A stretch of DNA of 64,000 nucleotides. It comes from Octopus vulgaris (lineage: Eukaryota). The DNA is taken from positions 29,264,001 through 29,328,000 of the forward strand of contig OX597814.1 in assembly GCA_951406725.2 (NCBI GenBank). The letters are read 5' to 3'. The position numbers and the translations under genes are program-made. The notes beneath the pieces were generated by a model. That model had not been told where the DNA came from. It did no database searches and worked only from the letters and a program-made list of their open reading frames with translations. This document shows positions 22,742-36,531 of this stretch, piece by piece; the first letter of the stretch is position 1; each line of letters opens with the position of its first letter.

Positions 22742-23128
22742 CATCTCTCTCTATATAAACGGCAGTTTGTCTGTGTGCGTGTCTGTGTGTCTGTTAGGTT
22801 GTACCCTCACCCTGACCACGGCTTTCAACCGATTCTGATGAAACTTGATATACACATAGCCCAATGTCATAATTCAAAACTAACGCAGCGAAAATTTTGA
22901 AAAGTTCCCCCAGTTCTGAAAAAAATCGATAAATTCGACATGGGGTCGAGAATCAGAAACACAAACCACAGACTGTCTAGGGGACGCAACTCGACCTTTT
23001 TAACTCTCAAAAAAAATTTACCATAATTTTTTTTCCATTTTTTTGCTATTTTTTTGCTATAACTCTCTAAAAATGCTTTATAGTTATTTCCCTTACAAAC
23101 CCGAGCAACGCCGGGCGATACTGCTAGT
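22742..23128 (-). mobile_element. Helitron/Helentron-like non-autonomous element
   Basis: Reverse-complement homologue of 4571-4966 and 51177-51472. Confidence 0.6.
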
Positions 23129-23960
23129 TATATATAAGTGAGAGGTTTGCATGTACATACATAAATACATACATGCATACATACATACATATATACGTAC
23201 GTACGTACGTATTTATACACGCATACTTATATATGAAAGCCTGTGTGTGTGTCTATGTGCGCGCGTGCGCATGTGTGCACGTGTTTACATACGTGTGTGT
23301 GTGTGCGTGTGTATGTGTGTGTCTATGTGTTTATATCCCTCCTCTTTCAATCTTCCTTTTCTCTTTGATTTTCCTCTTTGTATTTCAATCAAATCTTTCC
23401 GTCTGCTTTCTTGCCTTCTCTCCCTCCATTTCATAGTCCGCCATCTTCTTTCTTCCCTTTCTCCTATTTTTCACTTCTGTTTCAAAATCAGCTTCTGTCA
23501 CTCCCTATGTTTAGCTATTTCCAATGCTCTCCTAAATCTGCTTCTCTTTCATCTCTCTCTTTCTCTCTCTCTCTCTCTACCTCTCTCTCAAAATTAATAT
23601 TTCTAGCTCATTGGCTATGTCTCTCCCTTACAACTATTTTCTCTCATTCTCTCTCCTTACCTCTCCTTTCTTCTCTCTCCTACTCCTCTTTCGTTATCTC
23701 TCACTACCCTTTCCTTCTCTCTCTTTCTCTCTCCCCTTCTTTTTCTTTCTATTTATCTATCTCTATCTCGATATCTACACAACCACATTCTTCTGATTGG
23801 CTCTGGTTTCCACCTTTACTGCCCATGTCTTATCTCTCCCCTTTTTTCACTATCAACCTATCCCTCCCTCTCTTTCTCAAACTTCCCTTCTAGTTTATCT
23901 CCCTCTCCTTTTTCATTTTTCTCCAATTAAGGAATTGCTCTCTCTCGCTCTCTCTCTCTT

Positions 23961-23991
<31 letters not shown>

Positions 23992-24024
23992 TTATCTATC
24001 TATCTCTTGACTCTCTCTCCATCC

Positions 24025-24064
<40 letters not shown>

Positions 24065-24844
24065 GTTTCTCTATCTCAATGTCTTACCTTCTCTCTTTTT
24101 ATTTCTCTGCCAACCAGTTTCCCTTTCTATTCATTTCTCTCACCTTTCTCTCCATCACCTTTCTCTCCCTATCTCACTCTTTCCCGCCTTGTGATGATCG
24201 ATGAATCGATAATTTAATTAACGCGATTGAACAAACCATTCACTAGTTGCCAGCTATTTCACGGCGGATGTATAACTATGTGTAGATTACAGTAAGGACA
24301 ATATGAATATATACATTACAGATTGACACTTCACATTACATGTGTGTATATTACAACAGATGCAATACATGTAAATACATACATGTATACACACTTCCTA
24401 ATAGATGTGTGTACATCATAGCATAGATAATACATGTATATACATTACAGCAGAGATATTATATTTCACGATATACGTATGTACATCACAGAATCCGGCA
24501 CTTCGAGGTAGGTGTAAGTGTAAAACAATAGAAACTATACATGCATTTATATCGCAGGAGAGAAATTCTATAATATATATATATGTGTATCACAGCAAAC
24601 GGTGCTTCATAATAAAAATGCCATATTCCAGCAGAGACACTTTACAACAGATGTATGTTCACCACAGCCGAACTCCACAATGTATGGGCTGCATTTTTAA
24701 ATACCTCCTCTATGAACAATATATACAACAAGCAGGTGTGTATTAGTTTGACGCTCGGGGAAAACGGAAAAATCTTTGACGTTTCGAGCCTACGATCTGA
24801 TGTACAAATATGCCTCTGTTGTGATGTACGAAGCATTACTCAAG

Positions 24845-25037
24845 AAACAGGAAGAGAGAGTGAGAGAAAGTGTGGCGAAAGAGTACAACAGGGGTCGCCA
24901 CCACCCCCTGCCGGAGCCTCGTGGAGCTTTTAGGTGTTTTCGCTCAATAAACACACACAATGCCCGGTCTGGGAATCGAAACTGCAATCCTCCGACCGCC
25001 AGTCAGCTGCCCTAACCACTGGGCTATTGCGCCTCCA
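24845..25037 (-). mobile_element. tRNA-derived SINE family B, 5' part
   Basis: Reverse complement of GGAGGCGCAATAGCCCAGTGGTTAGGGCAGC...GTTTCGATTCCCAGACCGG. Confidence 0.8.
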
Positions 25038-25252
25038 CACTGTGATATACTACTGCCTTAATCATTTATAAATAATAAACAGTGAAATGGCAGTTTTCTG
25101 TTGTTTTTTTTATGCTTCACTGCTCGTAATTGGATCACTTGAAGAAGTGTCTTTTTGCTTTATAAAGTGTATCAAGAGTTCTGTGCTTCCTCGACTGTCT
25201 TTCATGATGACCAGAGGAGATATTTACTTAGATTGGCAGCAAATTTTCAACT

Positions 25253-25507
25253 TCACTTGTAATTTGAATATTGGGACTTGAAAATCTCAATCGCTATTTG
25301 ATTGTGTGGTGAGGTTTCGACTATTTCATCAACGGGGAGGGAATAAGCAGGGGTTTCCATTGTTAAATCTTTTCCATTTTCTTCATAATGTCCTTCAGTT
25401 TCAATGAGGCTTTCGTTTGTGACCTTTTGGTTATGTGACCGAAATAGGTCTTTTATGTCATTCGTAGAAACATCAAAGTACAATTGATTAGCAGGATCAA
25501 CAATCAA
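25253..25507 (-). pseudogene. Possible pogo/Tigger transposase C-terminal remnant
   Basis: FDVSTNDIKDLFRSHNQKVTNESLIE resembles the Tigger motif DVxELLxSHxxELTNEDLxE; motif recall only. Confidence 0.35.
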
Positions 25508-26767
25508 CCTCTGTTTTATTTTGAATAATCTTTTCTATTCTTTCAAAATCATAAAAATTTCATTGAATTTCAGGCAGAATTCATTCCCACCGACTTTCGT
25601 ATTTTTCTCTCTATTGTTATGTTCCAGGTCTTTAATATTTTTACTTCATATAAAGCACTGAATAATTTCCAAGGTCCTTTTGTGATGTTCCCTTTTCTTG
25701 TCAATAGCATTTATTAACTGACCAAATGTGCACTGAAAACAATATATATTAAATGTTGCAATAACGCTTTGGTCTATTATTTGCAATGCTGGCGTATTTG
25801 GTGGCGTAAACATGCAGTTAACATTTGGATTGTTGTGACATAGAAATTATAGGTAAGAAGTGCATTATCTACGATCAGTAGCAATGGAATGAACGTTTTT
25901 GTCTTCAAAAATATTCTGTTTCAGGTACAAAGTTTGGGGATGGCGGCGGCGGCGGCGGTGGTGGTGGTGGTGGTGGTGAGGACGAGGGTGAGGGTGAGGA
26001 TGATGACATTATTTAAGTTACACAGCAGATATTTCCTTACGTTTATGAGCAAAATATTTTATTTTACATTGTGGAAATTCACCTAATTGTCGGAAATAGA
26101 TAACAGACTATCTATAAATGTTGTTCTTTAATTGCTTAGTCAATGAAGGAATGGCAGTACCTTTTTCAATGTCTCCGAGATTTAGGAAGGACGAGAAGCT
26201 GTATTCGGACGGACATCTGTATATGATTCTTCTGGTTTTGTCGGTTTGACCCGAAGTCTTCTGGTTTTGTAGATTTGGCCCAAATGTCTGCAAAAGAGTC
26301 GATCCCACTAAAGGCAACTACCCAAGGACCAGGTGATGATATCTAGCCAGGCAACGGATTAAGTCCACCGCATAAGAACAAGAGCTAATTCCTCACCCCG
26401 AAACTATAGTAGAAAGCATTTATCAAAGAAATTGTGCAGTAGGATCGAACCCGTAATCATGTTTTTGTGAAGCGAACTTTTTAACTAAGCCATCATGGAC
26501 TGGCATGTTATACAGGAAACAGGGAGCTATCCTTCATCTGCGATATGTCAAGAAACTAGCATTATTTCCTTCAATTGTTGCATGTTATAAAACTAGTGCC
26601 AAACATAAATTCTTATAATGTAATAAAAATCTACAAAACCAAAAGAATCATACAAAGATTTTTTTTTTACGTTGCAGTCATTCCGACTGCTGGTATTATG
26701 CATTAAACCTAGTGGATAATCTATAATTTGTGTATATAGTCTACTATAATATAGTAGACTATATACA

Positions 26768-27148
26768 GGAGGCGCAATGGCCCAGTGGTTAGGGCAGCGG
26801 ACTCGCGGTCGTAGGATCGCGGTTTCGATTCCCAGACCGGGCGTTGTGAGTGTTTATTGAGCGAAAACACCTAAAAGCTCCACGAGGCTCCGGCAGGGAT
26901 GGTGGTGATCCCTGCTGTACTCTTTCACCACAACTTTCTCTCACTCTTACTTCCTGTTTCTGTTGTACCTGTATTTCAAGGGGCCGGCCTTGTCACTCTC
27001 TGTGTCACGCTGAATATCCCCGAGAACTACGTTAAGGGTACACGTGTCTGTGGAATGCTCAGCCACTTACACGTTAATTTCACGAGCAGGCTGTTCCGTT
27101 GATTCGGATCAACCGGAACCCTCGTCGTCGTAACCGACGGAGTGCTTC
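26768..27148 (+). mobile_element. SINE family B, full length, with TSD
   Basis: A- and B-box-like head; TSD AGACTATATACAG at 26756-26768 and 27151-27163. Confidence 0.9.
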
Positions 27149-27565
27149 AGAGACTATATACAGATCTATCAGGTCAGTCATAACCGGGACAGATAGAAAT
27201 GTCTTTATTGTATAAGCAGTTTGGACGAGGACACAGAAAATTAATTAAATCCCTTTCTAGTATATTTCTCGTAATTATTCTATGTCGAATGAATGGTAGA
27301 ACTGGTAGTACATCATATTTGGTCATGCCTCTTTACGATCGGAGTTCAAACCTCGTCCTGGCTCACTTTATCGTTTGTATTTCTGAGGTTTATAAAATAA
27401 ATATCAGTCGATAAAATATGCACCGAATTGTTGTAGTAATCGACTATGATAGAGAAAGAAGTGTCCTAGCATAGCAACAGTCGGATGACCGTTTTCCTTT
27501 CTTGTTGCGTGTGTAGTGGGACTGCGAAATGAGCATTCAGGTCCTGCTCACTTGAGAGCTGTTAC

Positions 27566-27608
<43 letters not shown>

Positions 27609-28295
27609 GTGCGTGCGTGTGTAAATGTATGTGAGTGCACGTTCATGCATGAGACAGACAGACAGACAGACAGACATATACAGAGAGAAGCAGAGGAAAG
27701 TGACCCTTTTACTTATACTTCATTTATCGACCACCAAAGGTATAAAAAGCTCAGAAGGCCTCACCAGAATTTGGAGTCAGATCGAAGAGATCCAGAACAA
27801 ATACCACAAGGTATTTTATCAGGTGACGTATCGACTCTGCAAATTTGATATCTTATTCCAATGTTTGAAACCATCAAACGAATAAACGAATAACGCTCTT
27901 GGAGAATGGAATTTTAAAACGCATAACGATTCCTTGGCAAATGTCCGTTAAATGTAAATAATGTAAACAATGGTATTTACTTTACTGACATTGCAGAAGG
28001 ATGAACAAGCGTCCGAGCAGTCTGTTGATCTGCTAAAAGTAGCTGCTAAATTCCCCAAAATTACATCATAGAAAGTTTAGTCATTAGAAAGTATAGTCCC
28101 TGGTAAAGAAGACGAAGACGCGATGGTCACGGCTGGAAAATCTTCAATCATAGATCTATTTGGTTATTAAACAACACTAAACAACAATATCGACAACAGT
28201 AAAAGGCTAAATCAACACATGCTTTAAAATATTTATAATACGTTTAATCCGGCACACAACCGTTTCTGCAATGCCGTTACCATAATGTTTATTAA

Positions 28296-29153
28296 ATGAC
28301 GACGACGATGATGATGATGATGATGATGATGACGACGATGACGATGATGACGACGACGACGATGATGATGATGACGACGACGACGACGACGACGATGATG
28401 ATGATGATGATGATGATGATGACGACGATGATGATGATGATGATGATGATGACGATGGTGATTATGATGATGACGACGCCGATGATGATGATCATCATCA
28501 TCATGATCATGATCATGATGATCATGAAGAAGATGATGATGATGACGATGACGATGACGACGACTACGGCAGTGACGACGACGACGACGAAGACGAAGAC
28601 AATGAGGATGACAATGACGACAACGACGACGATGATGTTTCTAAAATTCTGATAATAACCTGTATAATATGAAATAGAAAGTGAAATTTTTAAAAATAAA
28701 ACAGAACGTGGCAGAATGTTGTGTAGTTGAAGCAAATGAAAATTTTGCAGTTGAATACTTTTAGAGGAATGGAGAAAAAAAAGTATGAACATGATCAAAG
28801 GGAGAAAAAAAAAAGTGAGAGAGAGAGAGAGAGAAAGAAGTGAAAAGAAAGAAAGAAAGAAAAGAAAGAAGGAAAGGAAGAAATGATTGAGTGTAGAAAA
28901 ATGCGAATTTTAAAAAAAAAAAATATATAACAATTTTAGAAATGTAATAAAATCGTTTTAAGGAAGCGATTAATGAAAATGAAAATGAAAATGAAAAAAA
29001 AATAAAAACAAAGGAAAAAAAAAGAAAGGAATGAATGAATGAATGAATGAATGATGATGATGATGATGATGAAAACAACAGCAGCAACAACAACAAAAAC
29101 AATACTACTACAACAGCAGCAGCAGCAACAACAGCATCGACAACAACAACAGC

Positions 29154-29224
<71 letters not shown>

Positions 29225-29308
29225 TGATGATAATGATAACAACAACAACAGCAATAATAATAATAACAATAATGATAATAACAATAATAATAATAATGAT
29301 AATAATAA
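28296..29308. repeat. (GAT/GAC)n, (CAA)n and (AAT)n microsatellite cluster
   Basis: Seen directly. Confidence 0.95.
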
Positions 29309-29491
29309 AGCTTTCCACAAGAGCGATGGTCAGGTAAACATTACTATGACAAATTAGAAAGTAGGTGGACAGGATTTATCAAAACGAAAACGATATGAAA
29401 GAAAAGATATGTAAAAGAATAGAATGAACAAAAGTGATATCAAATGTCTCGATAAGCGGACAAGCACGTGGAGTCAACCAAGGAACCCCAC

Positions 29492-29910
29492 AAATACCTA
29501 TTTCTTTACTACCCACAAGGGGCTAAACACAGAGGGGACAAACAAGGACAGACATAGGTATTAAGTCGAATACATCGACCCCAGTGTGTAACTGGTACTT
29601 ATTTAATCGACCCCGAAAGGATGAAAGGCAAAGTCGACCTCGGCGGTATTTGAACACAGAACGTAGCGGCAGACGAAATACCTATTTCTTTACTACCCAC
29701 AAGGGGCTAAACACAGAGAGGACAAACAAGGACAGACAAACGGATTAAGTCGATTATATCGACCCCAGTGCGAAACTGGTACTTAATTTATCGACCCCGA
29801 AAGGATGAAAGGCAAAGTCGACCTCGGCAGAATTTGAACTCACAACGTAACGCAGACGAAATACCGCTAAGCATTTCGCCCGGCGTGCTAACGTTTCTGC
29901 CAGGTCGCCA
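29492..29910 (-). mobile_element. SINE family C (2 units)
   Basis: Reverse complement of family C head and body. Confidence 0.85.
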
Positions 29911-30949
29911 CCCAACAAATACCGCTTTATCCTTACTATCAAGAACAATATCCATCTTTCAGCCGTGACCTCAGACTTATTGACGAAGGGAAACAAAACT
30001 GAAATGAAACACCGCAATGGGGAGACAACCAGGTGGGGGGGCCAATCGAGGAATTCCACAAATGCCGGATTATCCTTACTACCAATTGCAAGATCGTCTT
30101 CAAACTATAATCCTAGGTCTGTTACATAAAGACATTCATCTGACGCATTTTCGCTACTCTCGCCCACTCTCAGTCAAGCATCAAGCTTTCCTTATTTCCC
30201 TATTCATCTTCCTCTCATTCCAAATTGCATCTGAAGAAACTAATGAAGGCCTGGCCAGATAGGCAGGTGTCTTTTATTAAACATTTCAATCATGTTCACT
30301 GAATTGCGTCTTTAACCATAGCAACCGGAGAGGGGAAAATTGACTGCCTTTCTCAACCAAAGGCAGATGATGAAGCGATCTTCCGAAAGAACTAAATTTA
30401 CAGCTTGGGTCCATATTAATCGCAACAGTGTCTCGACATAATCTCACAAGTCAGCAATGCTCGGACAAATATTTGAAGGACAATTTCGTCGCTGTGCACG
30501 CATTTTAAACATTTTCCAGCTGTCTGCGATTCTGCACTCTCAAGAACAGTGCCAAACAACGGAGTTTGGTGAAGTTGTTCGTAATTTTTGATTTGAAAAT
30601 CCTCCGGAATAGATTACTCAGATTACATTGATGTTTAGCATTTTTTTTACCATTCATTCTCTACTATAGAATACGAGCAGTAACGTCCCACCTAGTGCAT
30701 TTTGCAACTAGTCAATGACTGTGAGCGTCTGACAGCACTCCAGATACCAGACACCCAAAATTGATCTACTCTTAATTCTAGACTAAAGCTCCGTCAAGGG
30801 AACTAGTTGTGAGAAAGTGGTTCTCACAAATGATGGCCACATTTCCTCACATTCTAGGAAACCGATAGATGTCAAGCATCAACGCATACCACCATTCACG
30901 GAAATAATAATAATGTCAACCCTTATCGTACTTAAGAATTTTCTTCTTC

Positions 30950-31420
30950 AAACAAAAGTCTGGAGTTGCTTTCTTTAGTTCAACCATCTCTTCAGCATTC
31001 ATTAAATACCTTTTTGCAATCCGTTCTTTTCCAATATAAACGATTCACGCAAAATTAACCACTTCTTTTTTTCTATCGATATCCTTCAATTCATCCATCT
31101 TCCATTCAGGGATTTCTGCTTCATACCTTATTAAGGATATTACCCTCAAGTTGATTGCATCAATGCTATCTTCTGTATTCAATTTGACTTTTATAATTTT
31201 AAGTTTGCGAAAACATCCTCTTCTAAAGTTTACCTTCATTTCTACACTTATAATTTTATCAATTTTTAGTATTCCAAGATACATCTCAGTATTTTTCTAT
31301 TCACACTGTCAGGTGTGAATAGAAAATTTCATTTCATTATTCTAGCCCTTATTATCATTTTTCGACGCTTCCTCTCAATCAAAGCAAAATTCTCGATATC
31401 GAATGTCAACCCAATGTCAG
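30950..31420 (-). pseudogene. R4/Dong-like non-LTR retrotransposon RT remnant
   Basis: YLGILKIDKI...KLNTEDSIDAINLRVISLIRY..IPEWKMDELKDIDRK matches the post-RT motifs YKYLG..KLN..AIN..RY..W..EL..DRK. Confidence 0.65.
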
Positions 31421-31619
31421 TATGTAAAAGAAAGTAAGCGTCTAGGACAAACAAAATACAGCGCTATGATCTTTTGAATACAAACACCAAAAAAAAAAAA
31501 CGATTATAAAAGATATGTATTATCTGATACGTAATTATAATAAGATATGTAATTATAAAAGATATATATTATATGTATTATATGGCATGAGTGATATGTG
31601 GTTATTATATACAAAATAA

Positions 31620-32020
31620 AGGCGGCGAGCTGGCAGAAACGTTTGCACGCCGGGCGAAATGCTTAGCAGTATTTCGTCTGTCGCTACGTTCTGAATTCAA
31701 ATTCCGCTGAGGTCGACTTTGCCTTTCATCTTTTCGGGGTCGATTAAATAAGTACCAGTTACGCACTGGGGTCGCTATAATAGACTTAATCCGTTTGTCT
31801 GTCCTTGTTTGTCCTCTTTGTGTTTAGCCCCTTGTGGGTAGTAAAGAAATAGGTATTTCGCTAGTGGCTCCGTTCTGAGTTCATATTCCGCCGAGATCGA
31901 CTTGGCCTTTCATTTTTTCGGGGTCGATGAAATAAGTACCAGTTGAACACCGGGGTCGATGTGCTCGACTTACCCAGTCCCCGCAAATTTCAGGCCTTGT
32001 GCCTATAGTAGAAGGGATTA
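31620..32020 (+). mobile_element. SINE family C
   Basis: Head GGCGGCGAGCTGGCAGAAACG plus body. Confidence 0.85.
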
Positions 32021-32439
32021 TACAAAAATATTTTGTTTGAATAACGTGCGCACGAAAATAAAATGCGGATGAACGCTTAAGACAAAACAGAAAAAGCAAG
32101 CGAACTTTTGAATACAAATAAGACACAAAACAAACTTTTCAGTGTAAATCATACGAAAACTAATTTTTTAAAAAATGTACTTTAAATGTCATTACCATTG
32201 ATAGATAAATAAATCGGCAGCAACACAACCGTCCGAGTCATAAATAATAATGAATTTCATAGCGTGAGTTTCTTACGATCACGATATAAAGTGATATTTC
32301 ACGAGGTTTAGTGTCGGTGTTTTCACAAAAGAATTATCTCCGTGAAGAAAGGTCGACCAAAATAAGAACATGAAAAAAAAAGAAAACATTGGTCCCATCA
32401 ACACTAGTGTTATATTCATTATTACATATCAACTCCATG

Positions 32440-32802
32440 TAAGGGAAATAACTATATAAGCATTTTTAGAGAGTTATAGCCAAAACATAGCAAAAAAATG
32501 CATTAAAAAATGGAAGAAGAAAATGATGGTAAATTTTTTTTTAAATCGTTGACTCATCGTAGACATTTTTAGAGAATTACTTCCGTTTATATAATAGCGA
32601 AAAAATGCATTAAAATGGGAAAAAATGGTAATTTTTTTTAAATCGTAGACTCATCGTAGACGCGCGCTAATACCCAGAAGGGCTCGATATGAATCACGAC
32701 TATAAGATACCCGGTTTTGGTTAAACTGCACCGCAAAATGTGGGAGTAGTTAGGAATCTAAATCGTAGGAGACAGACACACAACTTGACTTTATATATAA
32801 GA
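32440..32802 (+). mobile_element. Helitron/Helentron-like element, related subfamily, partial
   Basis: Shares AAATAACTATA..AGCATTTTTAGAG..TTATAGCCAAAA with the 51177 copy and ends GACAGACACACAAC..TTTATATATAAGA. Confidence 0.5.
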
Positions 32803-33149
32803 CTTTATAAAAGAAAAACAACAAAACACAAATGATCCCATGTACAATAAATGGAGAACTATAAATGCAAACACTCTTGTGAATATGCGTTTTATTACAA
32901 ACATTAACAAAAATCATCATAATTGAAATCCGTTTCATAGAATTAATACACAATGAATGCAAGACAAAGGAACCGTAAACCACAAAGCAGGGATATTTAA
33001 CCGAATATATATAATCACAACAAAAGTATAATGTCGACCACGCTCTTAATAGCAAACAGGAATAAAAGCGTATATTATAATAGATTAACCAGATTTAACA
33101 TTAAGGAGATCCAAACCGAAACAATAAGAAGAATGAAAGATAAAAAGAA

Positions 33150-33162
33150 AATGGAAGAAGAA

Positions 33163-33255
<93 letters not shown>

Positions 33256-33398
33256 GAGGAAGAGGAAGAGGAAGAAGAAGAAGAAGAAGAAGAAAATGGA
33301 AGAAGAAGAAGAAGAAGAAGAAGATGATGATGAAGAAGAAGAAGAGGGAGAAGAAGAGGGAGAAGAAGAAAAGGAAGAAGGAAGAAGAAGAAGAAGAT
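33150..33398. repeat. (GAT)n(GAA)n microsatellite
   Basis: Seen directly. Confidence 0.95.
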
Positions 33399-34401
33399 AA
33401 CGTGGAACTTGTGATGAGGAGCATTATGAAAATTCTGAGTTTTGAGAAATCGATTAACACGGATCAATGTAAACACCTGCTCAAGCTATACATGAACAAC
33501 AAGCGCTACGAAAAGTATAAATAAACGAAATAAGATCCCACAAAAAGTTTGTCCACGGCAACAAACTACCTGAATATCAACAGACTGAATGATCTGTTCT
33601 GTTCAGTTGCAGTGATTGTATCGAGATAAATTGGCTCTCCCTAATAGAATCAGACCTTCTTCAGTACAACCACTACCACCACCACCACCACCACCTAAAA
33701 TGTAAAGAAAATTGACAAAAGAAAAAAACTGGGAAAAAAAAGGCCTGTCTTTGTTTAGCAAGAGAGAGAATGGGGGATCCTACATGGAAAAGACAAAAAA
33801 AGAGCGCGAACGATAAATGAAAGCAGTCAGAAATCAAAAGAAAAAGCTTAAACGAATCCTATCAGCAAAAAACATGCAGAATAAAACGCCTCGAGAAACG
33901 AAAGCATTTCTTTCCAGGAGAACAAAGTATTTGAAATCAAATACTGAAAAATTTTACAGGGACATTAACATTAACTAAAATATATATATATATATATATA
34001 TAAAATAACACTGAAGGAATACCAATAACAACATAATTGAAACATAATGAGAGAGAATGTTGAACAAAAATATTCAACACACATTATAAAACATAATTGA
34101 TTAAAAGGGAAGAGAAAAAAGTACATAACAGCGCTACAAACACGGCACATTATAATCAGTGAGAAACTCACCAACAGACTAAGATGTGCAAAGAAATGGA
34201 TAGCCCAAAGGGTTGACAATGTTCCCAATTTTTGACTGAAGCATCTTTGTTGTTTAAATTTAAGTATAATAAATTGGTTTTACTTCTATAATACACAAAA
34301 TAGTTTAAATAATTTTTTAAATACAATTTCTGGTAATATTTAATTTATAAGAGTATAATAGGATATTTTCAAACATCGAATGGTTATGAGAATCTATCCG
34401 T

Positions 34402-34793
34402 ATACCAACCACATGGTTCTGGGTTCAGTCCCACTGCGTGGCACCTTGGGCAAGTGTCTTCTACTATAACCTCGGGTCGACCAAAGCCTTGTGAGCGGAT
34501 TTGGTAGACGGAAACTGAAAGAAGCCCGTCGTATATATGTCTATATATATATATATATATGCGTGTGTGTATATGTTTGTATGTCTGTATTTGTACCCCC
34601 AACATCGCTTGACAACCGATGCTGGTGTGTGTTTGTCCCCGTCACTTAGCGGTTCGGCAAAAGAGACCGATAGAATAAGTACTGGGCTTACAAAGAATAA
34701 GTCCCGGGGTCGAGTTGCTCGATTAAAGGCGGTGCTCCAGCATGGCCGCAGCCAAATGACTGAAACAAGTAAAAGAGTAAAAAAGTAAAGAGT
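34402..34793 (+). mobile_element. SINE family A, 5'-truncated
   Basis: Begins TACCAACCACATGGTT; body and tail intact. Confidence 0.85.
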
Positions 34794-35399
34794 ATACGTA
34801 TCCTTTATATTTATACTCTACATCTGACTGGTTAATCAAGCGGAGAACAACATATAACCAAAGGAAAGAAAGATGGGAAATACGTATGTAATAGCGCCAC
34901 GAGTATAACCAGAAAGGTCTCTAATTTCAACAAAATATCTCAAAAGTTCTGAAAGATATGTGGTGGCATCATACATTAATGTGATAAGTAGAATCAACAC
35001 TGGAATGGCTTGGATGGTGGGGGAGTAAAATGAATTCCTGAAAACAAAATTATGAGGTACCTACAAACTATATACTTATAAAGAAGGTACCAACAGCATA
35101 CAAACCCCTTACATCTATATTTTACAACAGGTTGATTACTCTCCTACCTGAAGAGCAAATGACATTACCAGAAAAGCAGGAAGAATACTGGAAAGATATT
35201 CATATCTGTGAAGAGTTTCTTTTGGCAAATCGGGCTATTGCAGAAGACATTGAAGAGAAGTACTGAACAATAGTTGATAGTAAATTAGCAGCCTCTGACA
35301 AACACCTCATATGCCATGTCAGAAAGGAAATAAATGCATCATAACTACAAGAAAACAAAAACGGGAGATAATGAAACAGGTTATATAGTCTTAAGAGGA

Positions 35400-36050
35400 A
35401 ACTACGAGAAAGATCCACTATCCTCACTTCTATTTTTCCTAGTCTAATCCAATTAGTCAATTTACTAAATGAATCTGCCAATGATTACAAACACGTGACG
35501 CAAAAACTATAAACTATTTCGTCTACATGGCTGACTTTAAAATAGTTGCATGGAATAATACTAAAATCTGCTCAAAACTGTTGATAAAGTTGGCCAAGAC
35601 ATACAAATGTGTATGAGATTAGACAAATACAAATGTATATGGGATTAGCTAAATATAACAAAACTATTCAAAGAAAAGACAAATTAACTAAATCTACAGA
35701 CAATAAATTTGATACAGAAACCAAGATCCGAGAATTAAAAAATAACCACCTTTTCAAATACTTAAAAGTATATGAAACTGATAACATGACTTCAAGAATC
35801 AAATGAATATCAAAAACCATTCAATGTTGGTAATAAGATGATAGGTTTAAATACACCAGCTCCCAGAGATATAAACTACAGCATCAATTTAATAAACTGA
35901 AAAATAGATAAGTGGAAAAGAAACTACTAAGAGTGCACAGAACTTATTAAACTCAAATCTAATAAACACTAAGTATACCAACCTCACTCACAATTAGGAT
36001 ACAGTCTTATACAAATAAAATAATATGACAGATAAGTTTTGAACAAAAAC
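35400..36050 (+). pseudogene. Highly degraded R4/Dong-like RT remnant
   Basis: NYFVYMADFKI (YMDD-like), IRELKNNHLFKYLKVYE and KMIGLNT..INYSINLIN pieces with many stops. Confidence 0.5.
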
Positions 36051-36125
36051 ACACAAACCATACCATATCTCACATTGTTGCGTGCGTTCTGCTGAATAGC
36101 ACAACTCAAACAGTACAGCTTCACC

Positions 36126-36531
36126 GCGGCTAGCTGGCAGAAACGTTTGCACGCCGGGCGAAATGCTTAGCAGTATTTCGTCTGTCGCTACGTTCTGAGT
36201 TCAAATTCCGCCGAGGTCGACTTTGCCTGTCATCCTTTCGGGGTCGATTAAAGTTATGTACTGGGGTCGATATAATCGACTTAATCCGTTTGTCTTTCCT
36301 TGTTTGTCCTCTCTGTGTTTATCTCCTTGTGGGTAGTAAAGAAATAAGTATTTCGTCTGACGCTACGTTCTGAGTTCAAATTCCGCCGAGGTCGACTTTG
36401 TCTTTCATCCTTTCGGGGTCGATTAAATAAGTACCAGTTACGCACAGGGGTCGATATAATCGACTTAATCCGTTTGTCTGTCCTTGTTTGTCCCCTCTGT
36501 ATGTAGCCCCTTGTGGACAGTAAAGAAATAC
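36126..36531 (+). mobile_element. SINE family C with TSD
   Basis: TSD GTACAGCTTCACCGC at 36113-36127 and 36532-36546. Confidence 0.9.

Noticed and set aside
23151-24204. Leu/Ser/Phe-rich ORFs
   Set aside because: CT-rich low-complexity sequence, as at 37376-38115; no domain signal.
26768-26840. tRNA genes at SINE heads
   Set aside because: They have A/B-box-like motifs but no complete cloverleaf, and continue into SINE bodies with TSDs.
28292-29337. Homopolymeric ORFs (poly-M/I/T/L, also YI/CV/HT repeats elsewhere)
   Set aside because: Translations of microsatellites.
30290-30740. Possible mariner N-terminal remnant on the minus strand
   Set aside because: Only faint motif similarity; too degraded to support.
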